Shown here: piece by piece, positions 43,724 to 47,003 of the stretch
Layout of the letters: every line of letters begins with the position of its first letter
Numbering within the stretch: the stretch's first letter is position 1
Origin: Patescibacteria group bacterium
GTDB lineage: Bacteria > Patescibacteriota > Minisyncoccia > Phycocordibacterales > Phycocordibacteraceae
Length of the DNA: 47,003 nucleotides
Reading direction: 5' to 3'
Assembly (NCBI GenBank): GCA_018970425.1
Contig: JAGWWK010000001.1
Span: 1-47,003, forward strand
Program-made: the position numbers and the translations under genes
Notes under the pieces: model-generated
Databases searched by the model: none
What the model was told of the DNA's origin: nothing
The model's input: only the letters and a program-made list of their open reading frames with translations

Positions 43724-43954
43724 ATGTACATTACAATCGCGCGCGTACATGAGAACCTCTTTAGTGGGCAGGCGGTATCTATAACTGCTCCTGGCGCTGA
43801 TGGGGAACTTACCATTCTTTCTACCCATGAGCCGCTCGTGGTGCCTCTCACGAAGGGCATCATAACCGTCCGCACTGCGGAACATGGCGAAGTGTATGAG
43901 TGCGAAGGAGGCGTTCTTGAGGTTTCTAACAACCAGGTCACTGTTTTGCTCTAA
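43724..43954 (+). CDS. atpC: F0F1 ATP synthase subunit epsilon, beta-sandwich domain only (76 aa)
   Basis: The LFSGQAVSITAPGADGELTILSTHEPLVVPLTKGII pattern is typical of the epsilon N-domain; there is no C-terminal helical hairpin. Confidence 0.8.
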   Translation: MYITIARVHENLFSGQAVSITAPGADGELTILSTHEPLVVPLTKGIITVRTAEHGEVYECEGGVLEVSNNQVTVLL

Positions 43955-43993
43955 CCGCTAGCGGCTCTGCGCTCAGCAAGGTATACTTACACC

Positions 43994-44224
43994 ATGTTTG
44001 GTGATTTTTTAATGAAGCAGATGCTCAAGCGTCAGCTCCGCAGTCTGCCAAAGGCGGTGCAAGAGCGAGTTCTTGCCGCGTTCGAGAAGAATCCGCAATT
44101 CTTTAAAGACTTAATGGGTGAAATAGCAAAGAAGGTGAAGTCAGGCGTTCCTCAAGCAACTGCCATTCAGCAGGTACTGATGAGCAAGCGCGCAGATCTT
44201 CAGAAAATGCTTCTCGACCAGTAA
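43994..44224 (+). CDS. Hypothetical small helical protein (76 aa)
   Basis: A tatact box lies 6 nt upstream of the ATG; no family recognised. Confidence 0.45.
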   Translation: MFGDFLMKQMLKRQLRSLPKAVQERVLAAFEKNPQFFKDLMGEIAKKVKSGVPQATAIQQVLMSKRADLQKMLLDQ

Positions 44225-44230
44225 CCGAGG

Positions 44231-44812
44231 ATGCACAAAAAGATTTTTATTCTCCTCGGCCACCCGACTACTGCCTCGCTCTCGGGGTCAGTCGCGAGCG
44301 CGTATGAAGAAGGGGCGCTAGAAGCGGGGCACGAGGTGCGCCGTATGAACGTGGGTGACATGCGCTTTGACCCAGTGCTCCGCTCCGGGTACCAGAAGAT
44401 CCAAGAGCTCGAGCCCGACCTAAAGACATTTCAAGCGAACGTCTCTTGGTGCGACCACTTCGTCATTGTGTACCCCAACTGGTGGTCCGCAATGCCTGCT
44501 GTGCTTAAGGGTATTTTTGACCGGGCTTGGCTTCCTGGTTTTGCGTACAACTTTTATAAAGACGGCCGGCTTGGCTGGCACAAGCGATTGCGGGGCAAAA
44601 GCGCGCGCATACTGGTGCTCTCAAACGCGCACCCGCTGCTTACCTGGCTTTTTTTTGGGGAGTTTACGAACGAGCTAGCTCGCGCAACGCTTGGATTTGC
44701 CGGCATTGCCCCTGTTCGGGTCAAAGTCTTTTCACCATCTGAAAAGGCGTCACCGGAGCGTATTGGCTGGTGGTTGAGAACAGTGAAGAATTGGGGAAAA
44801 CGCGTTCTCTAG
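44231..44812 (+). CDS. Flavodoxin-like fold NAD(P)H-dependent (quinone) oxidoreductase, KefF/NQO-like
   Basis: IFILLGHP ... CDHFVIVYPNWWSAMPAVLKGIFDR is typical of the Flavodoxin_2 family. Confidence 0.75.
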   Translation: MHKKIFILLGHPTTASLSGSVASAYEEGALEAGHEVRRMNVGDMRFDPVLRSGYQKIQELEPDLKTFQANVSWCDHFVIVYPNWWSAMPAVLKGIFDRAWLPGFAYNFYKDGRLGWHKRLRGKSARILVLSNAHPLLTWLFFGEFTNELARATLGFAGIAPVRVKVFSPSEKASPERIGWWLRTVKNWGKRVL

Positions 44813-44828
44813 TGTATCCTAAGCCCGC

Positions 44829-45899
44829 ATGAAGCTCTCAATCGGCATTGTAGGTCTTCCAAATGTAGGCAAGTCTACCTTGTTTAAGGCGCTTACGCGC
44901 AAGGACATACTGATCGCGAACTACCCGTTCGCCACTATCGACCCGTCTGTGGGCGTTGTTGCCGTGCCCGACCCGCGCCTCGCGGTGCTCACTGATATCT
45001 CAAAGTCCGCAAAAACCGTGCCGGCCGTTGTAGAGTTTGTTGACATTGCGGGTCTCGTCAAAGGGGCATCAGAGGGCGAGGGTCTCGGGAACCAGTTTCT
45101 CCAAAATATTCGCGAGTGCGACGCGATCGCAGAGGTGGTACGCATTTTTGAGGACGGCGATATTACGCACGTCCACGGAGACATTGATCCTATAAAAGAT
45201 ATTGAGGTCATAAACCTCGAGCTCATACTTGCCGACCTGCAGAGCGTCTCAAAGCGCCTGCAAAGCGTCGAGCGCGATGTTAAGCGAGGAGATAAGACTG
45301 CGCGTCTAGAGCATGAGGCGCTGACCATAGTGCAGCAGGACCTCGAAAGTGGACGCTTTGCGTCTCGCGATATTGCGTCGCTCCAGCTTCTCACGCGCAA
45401 GCCCATTATGTACGTCTTCAACAAGAAGGCCGGCGGTCACAATTTGGATGAGATGAATGACGATCGCTACACGCGCCTAACGGAGTTTGTGAGAGGCCTC
45501 GGCGCACCCTATGTAGTTGTCGATGCGGCAATAGAGAATGAACTTAATGAAGTTTCATCCGACGAAAAGCATACCTTTCGTCAGGAGTACGGTGTTCTTT
45601 CAGACGGTATTGACGACATGATACGCACTGCCTACAAGCTCCTCGGACTGCAGAGCTACTTTACGACAGGAGCGGATGAAACTCGCGCGTGGACGACAAA
45701 GGTAGGAGCAACAGCACCAGAAGCAGGGCAGGCCATACACACAGACTTTAAAGAAAAGTTTATTCGAGCCGAGGTTGTAGCGTATGACGATCTCGTCTCT
45801 CTCGGTGGCTTCGTCAAAGCTCGTGAGGCCGGTAAGGTCCGTACGGAAGGCAAGGAGTACATCGTGCAGGATGGTGACGTCATCGAGTTCAAGGTGTAG
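44829..45899 (+). CDS. ychF: Redox-regulated ATPase YchF
   Basis: GIVGLPNVGKSTLFKALT, DIAGLVKGAS, C-terminal TGS-like GKEYIVQDGDVIEFKV. Confidence 0.93.
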   Translation: MKLSIGIVGLPNVGKSTLFKALTRKDILIANYPFATIDPSVGVVAVPDPRLAVLTDISKSAKTVPAVVEFVDIAGLVKGASEGEGLGNQFLQNIRECDAIAEVVRIFEDGDITHVHGDIDPIKDIEVINLELILADLQSVSKRLQSVERDVKRGDKTARLEHEALTIVQQDLESGRFASRDIASLQLLTRKPIMYVFNKKAGGHNLDEMNDDRYTRLTEFVRGLGAPYVVVDAAIENELNEVSSDEKHTFRQEYGVLSDGIDDMIRTAYKLLGLQSYFTTGADETRAWTTKVGATAPEAGQAIHTDFKEKFIRAEVVAYDDLVSLGGFVKAREAGKVRTEGKEYIVQDGDVIEFKV

Positions 45900-45952
45900 T
45901 CCAACTTAATTCGCCCCCCCCGACTCCTCACATCCAGATTACAATCAATAAA

Positions 45953-45972
45953 CTGTATGATATATCATACAG
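45953..45972. promoter_or_regulatory. 20-bp perfect palindrome ctgtatgatatatcatacag (copy 1), downstream of the TrpR-like gene
   Basis: Identical to the copy at 46398-46417. Confidence 0.5.
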
Positions 45973-45984
45973 ATAAACTGATTG

Positions 45985-46392
45985 TTACTTAGAGGGCCAG
46001 AGGAGGAAGTGAAGCGGATACTTCTTTTTGAGATACGCAAAGGTACCCCACTCGGGGTGTTTTGGTTTCCGTCTTGCCTCATGAGCTTTGTTCATTTCTT
46101 CGACTACATCTTCGTATCCTGGCATGGTGTCATCGAGCCACTGCTGCACTCGATACACTGTGTCTGGACCAACTCTCATACGGGCCATGATCTCGTTGCG
46201 TGACACACCAGCCAATAGATCGCGAGCGATGAGGATGCGCCGACCGAGCATGACACGCTCACTTGTGGTAAGTAAGTCTTTTAAAAAGCGTTTGGTAGCG
46301 TCGCGGCCTTTGAGTGTACTTGCTGCGGTGTAGAGCGCGTCGAGCGTTTCTATCCGCTCGGTGTCAGTTAGATCACTAATTTTTCTCTTCAT
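45985..46392 (-). CDS. TrpR-like (YerC/YecD family) DNA-binding protein
   Basis: ORF trimmed to MKRKISDLTD. The stretch LKDLLTTSERVMLGRRILIARDLLAGVSRNEIMARMRVGPDTVYRV is typical of Trp-repressor-fold YerC/YecD proteins. Confidence 0.7.
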   Translation of the reverse strand: MKRKISDLTDTERIETLDALYTAASTLKGRDATKRFLKDLLTTSERVMLGRRILIARDLLAGVSRNEIMARMRVGPDTVYRVQQWLDDTMPGYEDVVEEMNKAHEARRKPKHPEWGTFAYLKKKYPLHFLLWPSK

Positions 46393-46397
46393 ACTAC

Positions 46398-46417
46398 CTG
46401 TATGATATATCATACAG
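46398..46417. promoter_or_regulatory. 20-bp perfect palindrome ctgtatgatatatcatacag (copy 2), 5 nt upstream of the TrpR-like start, in the divergent promoter region
   Basis: Identical to 45953-45972; overlaps the expected -10 position of the minus-strand gene. Confidence 0.55.
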
Positions 46418-46444
46418 GACAAGTGGTGAGTGTGAGTGGGGAAG

Positions 46445-46453
46445 TGGTATACT
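46445..46453 (+). promoter_or_regulatory. Extended -10-like box tggTATACT, 8 nt upstream of ATG 46462
   Basis: tatact 46448-46453. Confidence 0.5.
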
Positions 46454-46461
46454 TTACGCAT

Positions 46462-47003
46462 ATGGATACATCACTCAAACCTAAGGTAGGGCCGAAGGAC
46501 TTCTTCCTTTGGCTTGGTGCTATCGTCGCTCTGTACACCTCTGTCTTTGCGTTTCTCACGCTCGCGTTTGAGTACGTCAATACTGCATTTCCGGACGCAC
46601 TGTCATACTCATACGACCCATACTCCGGTGCAATCAAATTCGCGATAGCAACGCTCATTGTTGCGTTCCCACTCTTCCTCGTCCTTATGAGACTCATTCG
46701 GATGGATATTGCACGTACGCCGGAAAAGTCTGACCTTTGGGTACGTCGGTGGGCGCTCTATCTGACCATCTTCATCGCAGGTGCGACTATTGCTATTGAC
46801 CTGGTGACGCTCGTGTACTACTTCCTCGATGGCGAAATCACCACCCGCTTTGTTCTGAAGGTGCTCGTTGTGCTCTTGGTAGCTAGTGCTGGCCTTATGC
46901 ACTTCCTTTCGGATATCTGGGGCTACTGGGTAGAATATCCAGCGCGAGCGATGTACGTGGGATGGGCGGTCGCAGTACTTATTGTTGGAACCGTCGTTTC
47001 AGG
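46462..47003 (+). CDS. DUF5671-like membrane protein, 3'-truncated by the window end (not in the ORF track)
   Basis: Hand translation: MDTSLKPKVGPKDFFLWLGAIVALYTSVFAFLTLAFEYVNTAFPDALSYSYDPYSGAIKFAIATLIVAFPLFLVLMRLIRMDIARTPEKSDLWVRRWALYLTIFIAGATIAIDLVTLVYYFLDGEITTRFVLKVLVV... The frame stays open to position 47003. Confidence 0.65.
   Translation, partial: MDTSLKPKVGPKDFFLWLGAIVALYTSVFAFLTLAFEYVNTAFPDALSYSYDPYSGAIKFAIATLIVAFPLFLVLMRLIRMDIARTPEKSDLWVRRWALYLTIFIAGATIAIDLVTLVYYFLDGEITTRFVLKVLVVLLVASAGLMHFLSDIWGYWVEYPARAMYVGWAVAVLIVGTVVS

Overview
47-kb, gene-dense window, roughly 55-60% GC by eye, standard genetic code (TGA is used as a stop). Most genes are housekeeping: gyrA, infB-rbfA, clpB, rpmG, miaA, parB, rel, topA, dprA, serS, an ftsQ-like gene, a short uvrC, ddl, a complete F1Fo ATP synthase operon (atpBEFHAGDC), mscL and ychF. 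There are also 14 tRNA genes and one IS30-family insertion sequence. Shortened IF-2, UvrC, Rel and ATP synthase delta/epsilon, DUF4446/DUF5671-type proteins and an array of small two-TM pilin-like proteins suggest a reduced-genome CPR/Patescibacteria (Parcubacteria-like) organism; this is inference, not proven. The most unusual content is non-coding. Nine of the 14 tRNA genes are embedded in structured, often tandemly repeated modules that repeat the 5' or 3' end of the adjoining tRNA. (i) 73-nt 5' modules consist of a minihelix copying the acceptor stem and discriminator of the downstream tRNA, plus a conserved 45-nt hairpin (tRNA-Trp x2, tRNA-Ala-GGC x2, tRNA-Ala-UGC x1). (ii) 3' modules of 65-154 nt are bounded by direct repeats of the tRNA 3' end. 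They share a core with a conserved hairpin loop, GA(A/C)CGAAGG(U/G)GA, closed by stems of different sequence (Lys, Tyr, Trp x2, Leu-CAA, Val). (iii) The two tRNA-Pro genes carry their own 5' and 3' partial reiterations. No integrase, reverse transcriptase or cas gene is present in the window. A second window-wide feature is a -10-like box (TGgTAtACT type) 6-9 nt upstream of most operon-first start codons and of some tRNA 5' ends, implying leaderless transcripts. Lesser items: a paralogous pilin-like gene array plus a pilin-like/Cys-rich fusion protein, an alternative-oxidase-like di-iron protein, a probably inactive trypsin-fold protein, twin 20-bp palindromes flanking a TrpR/YerC-like regulator, and low-GC islets.
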